A stretch of 64,000 nucleotides of DNA from Candidatus Scatocola faecigallinarum (GTDB taxonomy: Bacteria; Pseudomonadota; Alphaproteobacteria; RF32; CAG-239): positions 67,158 to 131,157 of the forward strand of contig DVOM01000001.1 of the NCBI GenBank assembly GCA_018713605.1. The letters run 5' to 3'. Position numbers and translations under genes: made by a program. Every line of letters begins with the position of its first letter. Position 1 is the first letter of the stretch. Below the pieces are notes generated by a model. It saw nothing but the letters and a program-made list of their open reading frames with translations. It was not told the origin of the DNA and searched no databases. This document shows positions 40,739 through 50,462 of this stretch, one piece after another.

Positions 40739-41198
40739 CGTTAAGCGGCAAAGCATACATGACAAAATTTTCCAAAGCATGCGCACCAAGCTTCTGGGAA
40801 AGTTTCTTGGGAATGTTGTTGCCGATGTCGGTTGCCCAGCAGATATAAGCCCAGCCCTTTTCCTGCGCAATCTTAATCAACTCCGACATCAGCGCCGGAG
40901 CAATCCATTGCTTGCGGTTGCGGAAACGCGGTTCGACATACATCTGGCTTACCCACATCAGCTCGCCTTCATTGGCAAAATAGGTCGTCGCATACAAAGC
41001 CATGCCCACGGCCTGCCCCTCGACCTCGGCAATAATTACCGCCGCCCGGGCCGTTTTTCCGAACAGGTCTTTTTTCAGTCTTTCGGTGTCTTTGAGAACC
41101 GTATTGGAACCTTTTTCCGAAACAGCCGCGTTGGCCTCGAGAATAAATTCGAAATCAGCTTCGCAGGCCTTTCTAATCACTACCTCGTTTCCGACCAT
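40731..41198 (-). CDS. GNAT-family N-acetyltransferase
   Basis: 155 aa. The acetyl-CoA-binding region around QAVGMALY and PRFRNRKQWIAP fits the GNAT pattern. Confidence 0.8.
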   Translation of the reverse strand: MVGNEVVIRKACEADFEFILEANAAVSEKGSNTVLKDTERLKKDLFGKTARAAVIIAEVEGQAVGMALYATTYFANEGELMWVSQMYVEPRFRNRKQWIAPALMSELIKIAQEKGWAYICWATDIGNNIPKKLSQKLGAHALENFVMYALPLNDE

Positions 41199-41299
41199 TA
41201 TCCAAATCTTTCATTAAAAAATTAACAAACGACACCTGATTTATAACATACATTTCCCCGCGGAATCAACGCCAACTTTACGGTTATACCATCTTAAAG

Positions 41300-41336
41300 C
41301 AAAAAAGCGTTTTCCCCGAAAGGAAAACGCTTTTCC
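41300..41336 (-). terminator. Rho-independent terminator (9-bp stem)
   Basis: gcgttttcc-ccgaaa-ggaaaacgc flanked by A- and T-runs. Lies downstream of the gene ending at 41358. Confidence 0.7.
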
Positions 41337-41357
41337 GACTTATACGGCAGACAAAGC

Positions 41358-42542
41358 CTACAGTTCCGTCGCAAAGCGGATTTTTTGCGCGGGCTTGTTG
41401 CCGTAAGAAGGCGGATTGGTAAGATAATTTCCCTCGAACAAATCGCCTCCGACTTTTTTAATAACCTCGTTCAGCTCGATTTTTACCGCCTTGCAGCTTT
41501 CTTTTTGCTGCGGCGTCAGAAGCATCCACGGCTTGTCGCCAATTCTTTCCAGTTTTTTGGCACAAGCGGCAGCTTCCTTTGCCGAAAGTACTTCCGCCTC
41601 TTCAAAAATCCGTAGTACGAAAAATCTGCCGCTGATTCTGTATGGAACAACGACTCCTTCGGGATTAAGACTGTTTAAAACCCGTTCGGACAAATACGGA
41701 CCTTCCTTGGTTTTATACAACAGCTTGAACGGCAGAGCCTTGCCCATTTCCAAAGCGGCGGCTTCGGCCTGCGTCGGCAGCACCATTTGCCGGCGGCTTT
41801 CCAACCGTTGTTCTTTTTTGCTCTTAAAAGCCGGCTCTTCCTGAACTTCCGTTTCGGCAGAATTTTCCAGAACCGTCTCAGAAACGGCAGCACCGTCTTC
41901 TTTCTCCAAAGGCATTTCCGTCGGGAACGGCGTTTCGAAAGCAGTCGTTCCGACGACCTCCGCTTTTGCTTCTTCGGTTACGGCGTCTTTGCCTTCAATT
42001 TTCGCCGACGCATTCCCTTCTTTCAGCAAAACCGCGTTCGGAGCATAGGCCTCCATCTCGTTTACGGAATTGACCTTGCGGGGACGGCCGAGTTTTCTGC
42101 CGTTTACGCTGTATCCTTTCGGATGAACGGACTTTTTCTCCGTCTTTTTTTCAACGCCTTTCCGCCGCGTATACTTTCGCTTCGGCTTGGCTTCCGCAAT
42201 GGTTTCCACGCTTTCTTCGGATGTCGGAAGTAACGCTGCTTCTTCAACGGCGGGCGCTTGTTCCGTTTCCCCGGCTGCCGTTTTTTCCGTCCTGCTACCC
42301 GTATCGGTTCCGATATTCTCGGCATCCGCTTCTTTTCCGATTGTCTCCAACAAACGCTGCAAAAATTCATTTTGCACTTGCATCAAATCTTTAATTGAAG
42401 ACATGCCCTCTCTGACCGCCGGAAAATCAAAAAACGAAACTCCGCTCTGCGCCGTAATAAACACAATCACTTCCAGAGCTTCTTCTTTACTGAGGTCCAG
42501 ACCCGTAATCAGATCTTTGACCAGTTTTGTTTTAGCTTCCAT
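41358..42542 (-). CDS. Hypothetical protein with an acidic low-complexity core and an AT-hook-like GRKLGRPRK motif
   Basis: 394 aa. Composition-biased E/A/T-rich middle. Basic KRKYTRRKG...GRPRKV. Conserved-looking C-terminal domain. Confidence 0.55.
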   Translation of the reverse strand: MEAKTKLVKDLITGLDLSKEEALEVIVFITAQSGVSFFDFPAVREGMSSIKDLMQVQNEFLQRLLETIGKEADAENIGTDTGSRTEKTAAGETEQAPAVEEAALLPTSEESVETIAEAKPKRKYTRRKGVEKKTEKKSVHPKGYSVNGRKLGRPRKVNSVNEMEAYAPNAVLLKEGNASAKIEGKDAVTEEAKAEVVGTTAFETPFPTEMPLEKEDGAAVSETVLENSAETEVQEEPAFKSKKEQRLESRRQMVLPTQAEAAALEMGKALPFKLLYKTKEGPYLSERVLNSLNPEGVVVPYRISGRFFVLRIFEEAEVLSAKEAAACAKKLERIGDKPWMLLTPQQKESCKAVKIELNEVIKKVGGDLFEGNYLTNPPSYGNKPAQKIRFATEL

Positions 42543-42665
42543 AAAATAGAAATTAAAAGGTTATTGTATAACGTTAATTATATCTCAATCCATCTAAAAT
42601 TCGTAAGTGAACAGACCAGCTATAACATACCGCGTTTTAAATGTCCATTTTTTTGTCAATTATAC

Positions 42666-42700
42666 AAAAACAAAAGGGAACATTTCCGAGAATGTTCCCC
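42666..42700 (-). terminator. Terminator downstream of the PfkB kinase gene
   Basis: gggaacatt-tccgag-aatgttccc, then a minus-strand T-run. Confidence 0.65.
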
Positions 42701-42715
42701 TTCGCAAAATTTCGT

Positions 42716-43735
42716 TTATCTCTGCACGCCGCAGACTCTGCCGCGGACATTATCCGTCAGAGCCAGAACATCTGCCGGTTTAACCAGCAGATAATCGCCC
42801 TTGATCCGATGCTTGAGCGCGCAGGCTGCCGAAGCAAACTCAACCGTTTCCTGATTTTCCGCAATTTCTGCTTTCAGAAAACAGTAAAGCAGCGCCGCCG
42901 CAAAAGCGTCACCGGCACCAAGCGGATCGACAACACTTTCCAACGGATACCTCCGGGAACGGCAAATTCCGTTCCGATCCCACAGCATTCCCTGCACGGC
43001 CAGTCCGTTTTCCGACGGCACGCGGGCAACCGAGGCTATTTTGCCGAAATCAAACTTCTTGTTAAGCTGCTCGGCCATTTGAGCATAAACCTCGGCATTC
43101 ATAGCCTCTTCCACGCAAATGTCGGCACCCAGAACCGCCGCCTCCTCTTCATTGACAATCGCCACATCGACATATCTGCCGATTTCAGACATAACTTCCC
43201 TGGCCTTGTCCATGCTCCAGAGCTTGGAGCGATAGTTGACGTCACAACTGACTCCGATACCCAGCTCCCGAGCCGTCTGGCAGGCCTGTAGGCAGATTTC
43301 CGCGGCTTCGTCGCTCAATGCCGGCGTAATTCCGCTGAAATGAAACCATCCGGCTTCTTCAAAAATCCGCTTCCAGTCAAATTCTTCCGGTTTTGCTTCC
43401 GCTATCGCGCTGTGTGCGCGGTCATAGGTGCAAATGCTGCTGCAGGAAGAAAAACCCTTTTCCAGAAAATAAATTCCCAGACGCTTTCCGCCCCTGATTA
43501 CCGCACTTGTATCCACGCCGTAACGGCGCAAAACCTGTAAAGCCATTTCGCCGACCACATTGTCGGGAAGCTTGGTAACAAAAGCCGCCGGCTGCCCAAG
43601 CTGACTCAAAGCAACCGCAACATTCGCCTCGCTTCCGCCAAACACAGCATCCAGACACTCCGTTTGCAAAAAACGCAAATCATTTGCAGGCGACAAACGC
43701 AACATAATCTCGCCCAGACTAATAACTTTTTTCAT
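42716..43735 (-). CDS. PfkB-family carbohydrate kinase (2-dehydro-3-deoxygluconokinase-like)
   Basis: 339 aa. N-terminal GEIMLRLSP...GGSEANVAVA. C-terminal GAGDAF motif. Confidence 0.85.
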   Translation of the reverse strand: MKKVISLGEIMLRLSPANDLRFLQTECLDAVFGGSEANVAVALSQLGQPAAFVTKLPDNVVGEMALQVLRRYGVDTSAVIRGGKRLGIYFLEKGFSSCSSICTYDRAHSAIAEAKPEEFDWKRIFEEAGWFHFSGITPALSDEAAEICLQACQTARELGIGVSCDVNYRSKLWSMDKAREVMSEIGRYVDVAIVNEEEAAVLGADICVEEAMNAEVYAQMAEQLNKKFDFGKIASVARVPSENGLAVQGMLWDRNGICRSRRYPLESVVDPLGAGDAFAAALLYCFLKAEIAENQETVEFASAACALKHRIKGDYLLVKPADVLALTDNVRGRVCGVQR

Positions 43736-43879
43736 ACTATAATATATTTGGTTCGGGCGGAGTATAAAAACAAAGACGCCCCTTGTCCAGAAAAAATTTC
43801 AGCCGCAACGCGGCACTCCTGCAAAAAAACAAACGACGGCATAAGAGAATATGTCCCCAAAACGCGGGATAAGAAACGG

Positions 43880-44467
43880 TTATTTTCCGGAAATTTTGTT
43901 CTTGATGTTGGCAATCATCATCAAAGCCTTGTCCGACGTCGGGACAAAGACTTCATCCCAGGCATCTTCTCTGGCCGTCAGCAGTTCGGGATGCGAACAA
44001 ATATGCAAAGCTTTCGGATCTTTCGGCAGTTCGCGCTTAATCGGAATCAGCTCCATGCCGTTATGGCGCAGAAGCGGCGCGCCTTCAATCCGCTCATAGC
44101 CGCACTCACGCCAGCGGTTAAGCAGTTCTTTTTTGCACATGCCGTAAACCTGACGATAACCCTTGCGCGACACGAATTCAAATCCTTTGTTCATTATGTC
44201 GCTGGAAACGCTGGTCTTGCGAAAACCCCGCAAAACCGCCATGCGCTCAAATTTTGTAAAATCGGCAAAATAACGGATGCGCATCGTCCCGACGCCCACA
44301 CCGTCAACCTTGGCCAGAATATGCGTGGAAACGAAATCATTTCCGTCGAACTCCTGTTCCGCCGGAATTTTCTGCTCGTCGACAAAAACCGCACGGCGGA
44401 TTTTCATAACTTCGTCAAAATCGGCCTGGTTTTGTACAACAACTATTTCTATAGATTTATTTTCCAT
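43880..44467 (-). CDS. GNAT-family acetyltransferase with a C-terminal extension
   Basis: IRRAVFVDEQKIPAEQEFDGND...GVGVGTMRI resembles ElaA/YjcF-like GNATs. Confidence 0.75.
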   Translation of the reverse strand: MENKSIEIVVVQNQADFDEVMKIRRAVFVDEQKIPAEQEFDGNDFVSTHILAKVDGVGVGTMRIRYFADFTKFERMAVLRGFRKTSVSSDIMNKGFEFVSRKGYRQVYGMCKKELLNRWRECGYERIEGAPLLRHNGMELIPIKRELPKDPKALHICSHPELLTAREDAWDEVFVPTSDKALMMIANIKNKISGK

Positions 44468-44562
44468 AAAACTATTATATGCTTGACCGGGCTTAAATTA
44501 AAATATACTAATATTATAAAGAGGTATATATTTTGAGTCACATTTAATCGAGATTTCACAAA

Positions 44563-45114
44563 ATGAACATCAAGCAAAAATTGGCACTAATCAGGGTAAT
44601 GCTTTATTTTAACGCCATTTTACGGAAAGGAAAAATTTCAAAAGCCGCCGAAGAAAACGGAATAAAACAAGGAAATCTGAGCCATTTGATAACCGATTTT
44701 GAGAAGTCTTCGGGCATTCTTCTGCTGCAACGCAGCAATCAGGGCGTAGTCCCGACACCGCGGGGATTGAAAATCAGCCGGCTGACCGAACAGCTTGAGC
44801 AAAGCCTCAGGGAACTGGAAAAAGCCGTAAATCCCGAACCGCGCGGAAGCATCAAATTCTGTCTGGCGCCGGATTTGAACCTGAAAAACCTGTCGCAGTT
44901 CCAAAAACAGCACCCTTCCTGGGAAATAAGCCCCTGCCCGGTTCCCGAAAACGCCGATCTTGCCGTTTTGACCCGTACGCCGGACTGGGAATGCGAATAC
45001 ACGACTTTCTCGACCGGAGGCAATGTTTCTCAGAAATTATGGATAGTCTGTCGGATGGACAAAACCGAAGCCGTCGCCTTGTACGATTTTATAATACAGC
45101 AGTTGCTTTCTTGA
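44563..45114 (+). CDS. LysR-like regulator, short (183 aa), possibly truncated
   Basis: LysR HTH ISKAAEENGIKQGNLSHLITDFEKSSGILLLQR. Only part of the effector domain is present. Its 3' end overlaps the convergent LysR gene by 26 nt. Confidence 0.5.
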   Translation: MNIKQKLALIRVMLYFNAILRKGKISKAAEENGIKQGNLSHLITDFEKSSGILLLQRSNQGVVPTPRGLKISRLTEQLEQSLRELEKAVNPEPRGSIKFCLAPDLNLKNLSQFQKQHPSWEISPCPVPENADLAVLTRTPDWECEYTTFSTGGNVSQKLWIVCRMDKTEAVALYDFIIQQLLS

Positions 45115-45970
45115 TATAGTCGATCAGAACCCTGATTTTCTTTTGGTCTTTGACGTCTTTGTAAGAAACAATCCAGAACGGATGCGAAAGCTCAAACTTA
45201 ATCTTGTCCAGACAAACCAGATTTTTTTCTTTCAGACCGACGCTGAACGGATGCAAGGCTATGCCTATGCCGTCCTTGGTCAACTGCATCAGCATTGAAG
45301 ACGAATTCGTTTCCGCGGCCACATAACTGCAGTTGTCAACAAAATTGCACCATTCGCCCCATACTTCGCGATAATTTGACCGTACGCAGATACGGTGGTT
45401 TTTCTGAATGTCCTCAATATCTTTCGGATAACCGAAACTTGCCAGATAATCCATGGAAGCAAACAGACCGAAACGCAAATTGTGCTTAAACAAAATAACG
45501 GCGTCGGGATGTACCGGCTTTTCATAAACTACGGACAGATCCGCGTCATACAAAACCGACGGCGCCTCTATGGAACAGAGTATCTCAATCTTAACATCGG
45601 GATAAAGCTGATAAAACCCCGGCAGACAAGACGACAGATATGCGGCGGCCAAACCGTCGCTGGTCCATAATCGCACTGCTCCCGAAACATTATTGTTCTG
45701 CTGTTTGTAAGAATTGATTTTATAAACCGACTTTTCAATGCTGCAGCTTATTTCATACAGGTTTTTGCCGACTTCGGTCAGAATCATGCGCCTGTCGCCA
45801 TGCTCAAACAGCTTGGCGCCGACCTTTTCTTCCAGTTCTTTCACATACCCAGAAAGGTTAGACTGTTTCATGCCGTTTTCCAACGCGGCGGCGGTTACGT
45901 TTCCGGTTTTGGCAATGGCCGCAAAACTCAAAATTTTTCTAAGCAAAATCAGTTGGTCGCCAATTCTCAT
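45089..45970 (-). CDS. LysR-family transcriptional regulator
   Basis: 293 aa. HTH NVTAAALENGMKQSNLSGYVKELEEKVGAKLF plus a full substrate-binding domain. Confidence 0.85.
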   Translation of the reverse strand: MRIGDQLILLRKILSFAAIAKTGNVTAAALENGMKQSNLSGYVKELEEKVGAKLFEHGDRRMILTEVGKNLYEISCSIEKSVYKINSYKQQNNNVSGAVRLWTSDGLAAAYLSSCLPGFYQLYPDVKIEILCSIEAPSVLYDADLSVVYEKPVHPDAVILFKHNLRFGLFASMDYLASFGYPKDIEDIQKNHRICVRSNYREVWGEWCNFVDNCSYVAAETNSSSMLMQLTKDGIGIALHPFSVGLKEKNLVCLDKIKFELSHPFWIVSYKDVKDQKKIRVLIDYIKKATAVL

Positions 45971-45979
45971 GCTTTCTTT

Positions 45980-46327
45980 TTATGCTCCAAAATACTTGAA
46001 TACCACGTTCAGCTGTTCGACAACGAAATCAAGCGTCGGATCGTCAATCGTCTTAATCCGTTCAATCAGCAAATTCTCGGTGGCAATCCTGGACATTGAC
46101 TTGCGCCGCTGAACTTCAATGTTGAGCAGGTCGTCCAAACCGACGTTAAATTTTTTGGAAATTTTGCAGATCATAACCAAATCAGGCGTCACGCAGCCTC
46201 GTTCCAGGTTGGAAATCGTGCGCCAGCTCACATCGCAGACATTAGCCAGTTCTTCCTGTGTCATCTGCGCATTTTCGCGCAAAGACCGAACTCTCAGACC
46301 AAGATATTTATTCAGATCGTTTTCCAT
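45980..46327 (-). CDS. XRE-family HTH transcriptional regulator
   Basis: LRENAQMTQEELANVCDVSWRTISNLERG helix-turn-helix. Start taken at the internal MENDL. Confidence 0.7.
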   Translation of the reverse strand: MENDLNKYLGLRVRSLRENAQMTQEELANVCDVSWRTISNLERGCVTPDLVMICKISKKFNVGLDDLLNIEVQRRKSMSRIATENLLIERIKTIDDPTLDFVVEQLNVVFKYFGA

Positions 46328-46417
46328 ATCGCACTCTATACCATGAAATAAATTGTTTATCCATGAACCAAATTTCATATCAGCTGCGATAAGATGAAGC
46401 AAAGTTCATTGAGAATT

Positions 46418-46589
46418 AAGGCTGTTTTTGCGTAATTTCCCTGAATACGTCATGCGTATAAGCTTCATAGGCAACGCTTAGAAAATAATATGTATCGCGA
46501 AAGCCGCGCTTTTTCAACTTGGAAAACAAATCGCCAAAAGCCTCTGTAATCAACTTTGTTTCTTCCAGATATTCCTCATTTTCCGACAT
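46418..46589 (-). CDS. Possible small ORF (57 aa) immediately upstream of the XRE regulator
   Basis: MSENEEYLEETKLITEAFGDLFSKLKKRGFRDTYYFLSVAYEAYTHDVFREITQKQP. It is below the 60-aa cutoff of the ORF track. No homology recognised. Confidence 0.25.
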
Positions 46590-46846
46590 TCAACTGCTCC
46601 TTTTTGTCGATTGGTGGCAAACAAACTGCTAAACATTTTATGGCAACATCTGAAAATAAACAGCGGATAATATTAGATAGTTCTTATATAATTTAAAAAA
46701 AGCCATATTTTACAGACAGTTGCCAGAACAAAATTACAACAGCGGAATAATCTTGCCGAACCGGACGGCAGCCGCCGGCACAATACAAAAAAGCAGCCCC
46801 GGCTAAGGGACTGCTTCTTGCTGCAATGGCTGCCTACTATCTCCGC

Positions 46847-48442
46847 CTATCCGGCAAAATCATAATAGGCTTTTATTTTCATACATGCGCCTTTTTTCTT
46901 GAATTTGTAGTGTCGAACCTGCTCTCCGGACGTGTCGAAACAATTAAAGCCGATAGCCGAAAAATGCTCATACGCCTCACGAACGGCACCTTTCTCAAAA
47001 AGAGAATGCCCCAGAAAATGATTAGCCTCTCCCCGAAAGCCCAGCATGTCCAAGATTGTCGGCGTCAGCGCCAGAGAGTTCAGTCCTCCGGCGTCCTTCT
47101 TTGCCGGCATTATAAATCTATTATAGAAAATCAGCGGCATTTCTCCGACAAAATAATCACATTCTCCAAACAATTCCGTAAAGTCACGTCCCGGATAGGT
47201 AGCATGATCGGAGGTAAAGACCAGTATCGTGTCTTTCGCAAAAGCTGACGCGTCAAACTTTTGCAGAAACGCTCCCAACCAGTAGTCCTGATTATAAAAC
47301 TTGTTCAGAAAACTGTTTTTGCCGTCATCATATTTTACATCGGGCGAATCAAGCCCGACATGTGTTCCCAGAACATAAGTCGCCAGAAAAAACGGACGCT
47401 TTCGTTCAGCAAGCCGCTGCGCCTCGGCAAAGAGATTTTCATACAGGCGCCTGTCCGACCAATTTTGCGCCGTTTTGCTACCAATAACCTCATCAAAGCC
47501 TATCCCCTTAACAAAAGTCTGAAAATTGTCACTTTCCGGATGCGGCGAAAGAAAAACCGTCTGATATCCGTTCTTTCTCAAAATCAACGGCAGACTTTCC
47601 GTCCTGCCCTTAAAATGTTCGTCGACAGCCTTCTTGTTTATTTCGGCAATACCCTGACCGCCGTAACTTCCGCCCAGCAGCTGAAAACCGGAAATCAACT
47701 GCCCGCGAATACCTCTGAACGTCGCCGCGGTATGATTGTAATAGTTTTCAAAACTGACACTTCTGTCGCGCAATTTAAAAGTGTGCGGCGTCAGTTTCTC
47801 AGATATGACTTCCGACGACATGCCCTCCGCAAATATCAAAATGACGTTTTTATTTTTTGTCATTTCATTTTGCCACAACGATTTTCCTTCTTCCACAACA
47901 TTTTTTCGATAAAACCGGCTGCCGTCGTCATATACCGGATTATAAGCCAGCTGATTATACACCTGCCCGACCGTCGCCGCGGCTGCCCGCAAAGGAAAAT
48001 TGTCAAAGCATAATTCCCCGGCACCCCATATTGCCATAATCCAGGCAAAGGTCCGAACTTTTTGAATCCGGAACCTGTGCGGCGGCAGACTTACCGCCAG
48101 AAACAACACGGCAACAAATGTCAGCTTCACTTGCGTTCCCGCCCCGACCGAAGACGCCGACGATAAATTCCAGAGCGTAAGCGGCTCAATATAACGCCCG
48201 GTAACAAAAACGCTACACAATTGCGCCGCCTGAACAAAAATCAACGGATACAACAGCAAAAACCTGAACCACTCGTTTTTTAAATGGCCGTTTAACAACA
48301 GAAGAAAAAACGCCTCAAACGTAAACAAAAAGGCAAATGATAAGTCAAAACCGAGCAACAGCGTAAAAATAAAGATAAAAATAATTCTAAACAATAAACC
48401 GGCCCATGCCGTAACCGGTTTCGGACAAATACAAACAGACAT
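46847..48442 (-). CDS. LTA-synthase/sulfatase-family membrane protein (phosphoglycerol or phosphoethanolamine transferase-like)
   Basis: 531 aa. N-terminal multi-TM domain, then an alkaline-phosphatase-like domain (ILIFAEGMSSE...FENYYNH). Confidence 0.75.
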   Translation of the reverse strand: MSVCICPKPVTAWAGLLFRIIFIFIFTLLLGFDLSFAFLFTFEAFFLLLLNGHLKNEWFRFLLLYPLIFVQAAQLCSVFVTGRYIEPLTLWNLSSASSVGAGTQVKLTFVAVLFLAVSLPPHRFRIQKVRTFAWIMAIWGAGELCFDNFPLRAAAATVGQVYNQLAYNPVYDDGSRFYRKNVVEEGKSLWQNEMTKNKNVILIFAEGMSSEVISEKLTPHTFKLRDRSVSFENYYNHTAATFRGIRGQLISGFQLLGGSYGGQGIAEINKKAVDEHFKGRTESLPLILRKNGYQTVFLSPHPESDNFQTFVKGIGFDEVIGSKTAQNWSDRRLYENLFAEAQRLAERKRPFFLATYVLGTHVGLDSPDVKYDDGKNSFLNKFYNQDYWLGAFLQKFDASAFAKDTILVFTSDHATYPGRDFTELFGECDYFVGEMPLIFYNRFIMPAKKDAGGLNSLALTPTILDMLGFRGEANHFLGHSLFEKGAVREAYEHFSAIGFNCFDTSGEQVRHYKFKKKGACMKIKAYYDFAG

Positions 48443-48630
48443 ATCTCCCCGCAGTAAAATTTTTACAGTTCACAAAATCACGAGGTTATATAACTTATTT
48501 TTCTGCAAAAGTAAATACTTATAAAAACAACATTTTTTTGTGTCTATTTTCCTGGCGCGAGACAAAACAAAGAACTTTCTTTTTATTGAACCTTGTGATA
48601 AAATTGTCCAAAAACGACAAGGAAAAAATC

Positions 48631-49806
48631 ATGCCCGCTCAGCTTATTATCGGCCGCAGATGTCCGAAAACGCCAGAAAATCCCGTCGGTTGGGAAGATG
48701 TCCCGCTCCAGGACATAAAATTTGACAAACCGACGGTTCTTTGCCTGAGCGGAGACGGAACCCTGACCGCCAGAGATGCAAATGCTATGGCCAAATATGC
48801 CGAACGCCTGCTGGGCAGAATTGGCCTTGAGGGACAAAGGGACATTCAAATTCTGTCCGCTTACTATCAAAACGCCAATGCCCGCGAAATGACCAACAGC
48901 CGTCTCTGCCATACCGAAGCGGACAAAAGCCGCTTTTCGGAAGAAGAGCGAAACCCCTCCTACATTTTTGATTTCTACGAACAATGTCTCAGAAAGATCA
49001 CACGGCAGAAAAACGGACGGAAAAGAGAAATTTCAGAAGCATGCAGGCTCATGCGAAATCTAAACGTTCTGGCCTTTTGTCACGGCGATTACGTTACCTG
49101 CAAACTGAATGAAATAATGAACGAAGACATGAAACGGCTTGGCTACACATCCGGCGAAACGGATGCCGTTGCCAGACAGGCTGCCGTCATTTCGGTCGTT
49201 CCGCAGGACAACCTGAAAAAATCATCTTTTACCAAAATCGGCTTTGTCTCGCTCGACGACTATCACTATGCCTCGGAAGACGCGTCAAACCTGACCGATT
49301 ATTACGAACTCGACTGCTGTGAAACGTCCTGTTTCGGCATTATTGAGCGAGAAAAAGAAGCCAGGAAAGGACGTTCGCGCCTGTTTTACATCGACAACCT
49401 GCTGGATTACAATTCCATTGAAGACAAATTTGCCGTTTGGATGGGCAAGACCGAAAAACTGCACCAGATGGACGCTTATATTGATTTAGATTATAAAAAC
49501 GAATTCGGAACCAAATCGGAAAACGGCCGCAATTTCGGACGCATGATTTCCCGCGCATTGCAAAACGCCGTATCAAACTCTTGCCGCAATTACCGTTCCC
49601 GGGAATTGATCGAATTGAAAACCGATGACATTTTCATAACCGAACCCGCAGGTTTTCGTCAGGGAAACGGGCAGCAAAATCAGGGCTATATTTCTCCGCA
49701 GGTTGAAAATGCCGTGGCCGAAGCACAGCGCCGGGGAACAAAAACGGACAGCAGCCTCTGCCCCTCCCAAACGCAATTCAGCATATTTCCTCATACGCGG
49801 GATTAA
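48631..49806 (+). CDS. Hypothetical protein (391 aa) with no recognisable domain
   Basis: Good SD AAGGA 8 nt upstream of the ATG. Sequence MPAQLIIGRRCPKTPENPVGWEDV.... Confidence 0.55.
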   Translation: MPAQLIIGRRCPKTPENPVGWEDVPLQDIKFDKPTVLCLSGDGTLTARDANAMAKYAERLLGRIGLEGQRDIQILSAYYQNANAREMTNSRLCHTEADKSRFSEEERNPSYIFDFYEQCLRKITRQKNGRKREISEACRLMRNLNVLAFCHGDYVTCKLNEIMNEDMKRLGYTSGETDAVARQAAVISVVPQDNLKKSSFTKIGFVSLDDYHYASEDASNLTDYYELDCCETSCFGIIEREKEARKGRSRLFYIDNLLDYNSIEDKFAVWMGKTEKLHQMDAYIDLDYKNEFGTKSENGRNFGRMISRALQNAVSNSCRNYRSRELIELKTDDIFITEPAGFRQGNGQQNQGYISPQVENAVAEAQRRGTKTDSSLCPSQTQFSIFPHTRD

Positions 49807-49847
49807 AAACCGGCGCCTTTACCCGTTTCCGCAATACGAATGCTGTC

Positions 49848-50375
49848 TCATCCTTCTTCAATACGGGCAAAGACAGCGTCATAGTCACTGAAACTGCGGC
49901 ACTTAACGACAGGAACCCGGCTTTGCGCCAAAAACTCGGCAATTTCCGCGTTGATTTCCCGTCCGATGAAGTCATAATCTCTGATTTTCTCCAATGTAAT
50001 CCGGCGATAATGATATGCCTGAACCGGCAAATCCTTGTCAATTTCCTTGCCTATTAGCTTTTTCGCCTTCCAAAAACGACAGGTAAAACGCCATATGGCA
50101 ACCAGACGGTTAATCCGCATGTCAACGATTAAATCCGGCTGCATTTTTTCGTACAGATAACGCTGGCACCCCTCGGAAACCCAGCTGTCCTTATGTTTTT
50201 TCAGAAAATCGTCCAGCTTGGCAAACTGTTCCTCCCGCGGATAATAACTGCCGCCGTCTGCGGTATTCCGGCAGATTTCATCTAAATTAAGCCGCGGCAG
50301 ATTAAATTTCCGGTTTATCGCATAGGCCAGCGAAGATTTCCCTGCGCCCAGCGGCCCGATTATAAGTACCTTCAT
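49848..50375 (-). CDS. P-loop NTPase, adenylate-kinase/FlaR-like small kinase
   Basis: MKVLIIGPLGAGKSSLA Walker A motif. 175 aa. Confidence 0.6.
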   Translation of the reverse strand: MKVLIIGPLGAGKSSLAYAINRKFNLPRLNLDEICRNTADGGSYYPREEQFAKLDDFLKKHKDSWVSEGCQRYLYEKMQPDLIVDMRINRLVAIWRFTCRFWKAKKLIGKEIDKDLPVQAYHYRRITLEKIRDYDFIGREINAEIAEFLAQSRVPVVKCRSFSDYDAVFARIEEG

Positions 50376-50462
50376 CAGACGTTTCCCCTCATAATCCGTC
50401 CAGCAAAACGAACCCAGAAAATTTTGCCGACAGAATATCTTTATATTAGTTATATCAATAAC

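Noticed and set aside
43664-44536. 290-aa + strand ORF competing with the 195-aa minus-strand GNAT gene
   Set aside because: The minus-strand product has the canonical GNAT motif (IRRAVFVDEQ...GVGTMRI). The + strand product is R-rich with no motifs.
47261-48013. 250-aa + strand ORF
   Set aside because: Antisense to the LTA-synthase-family gene.
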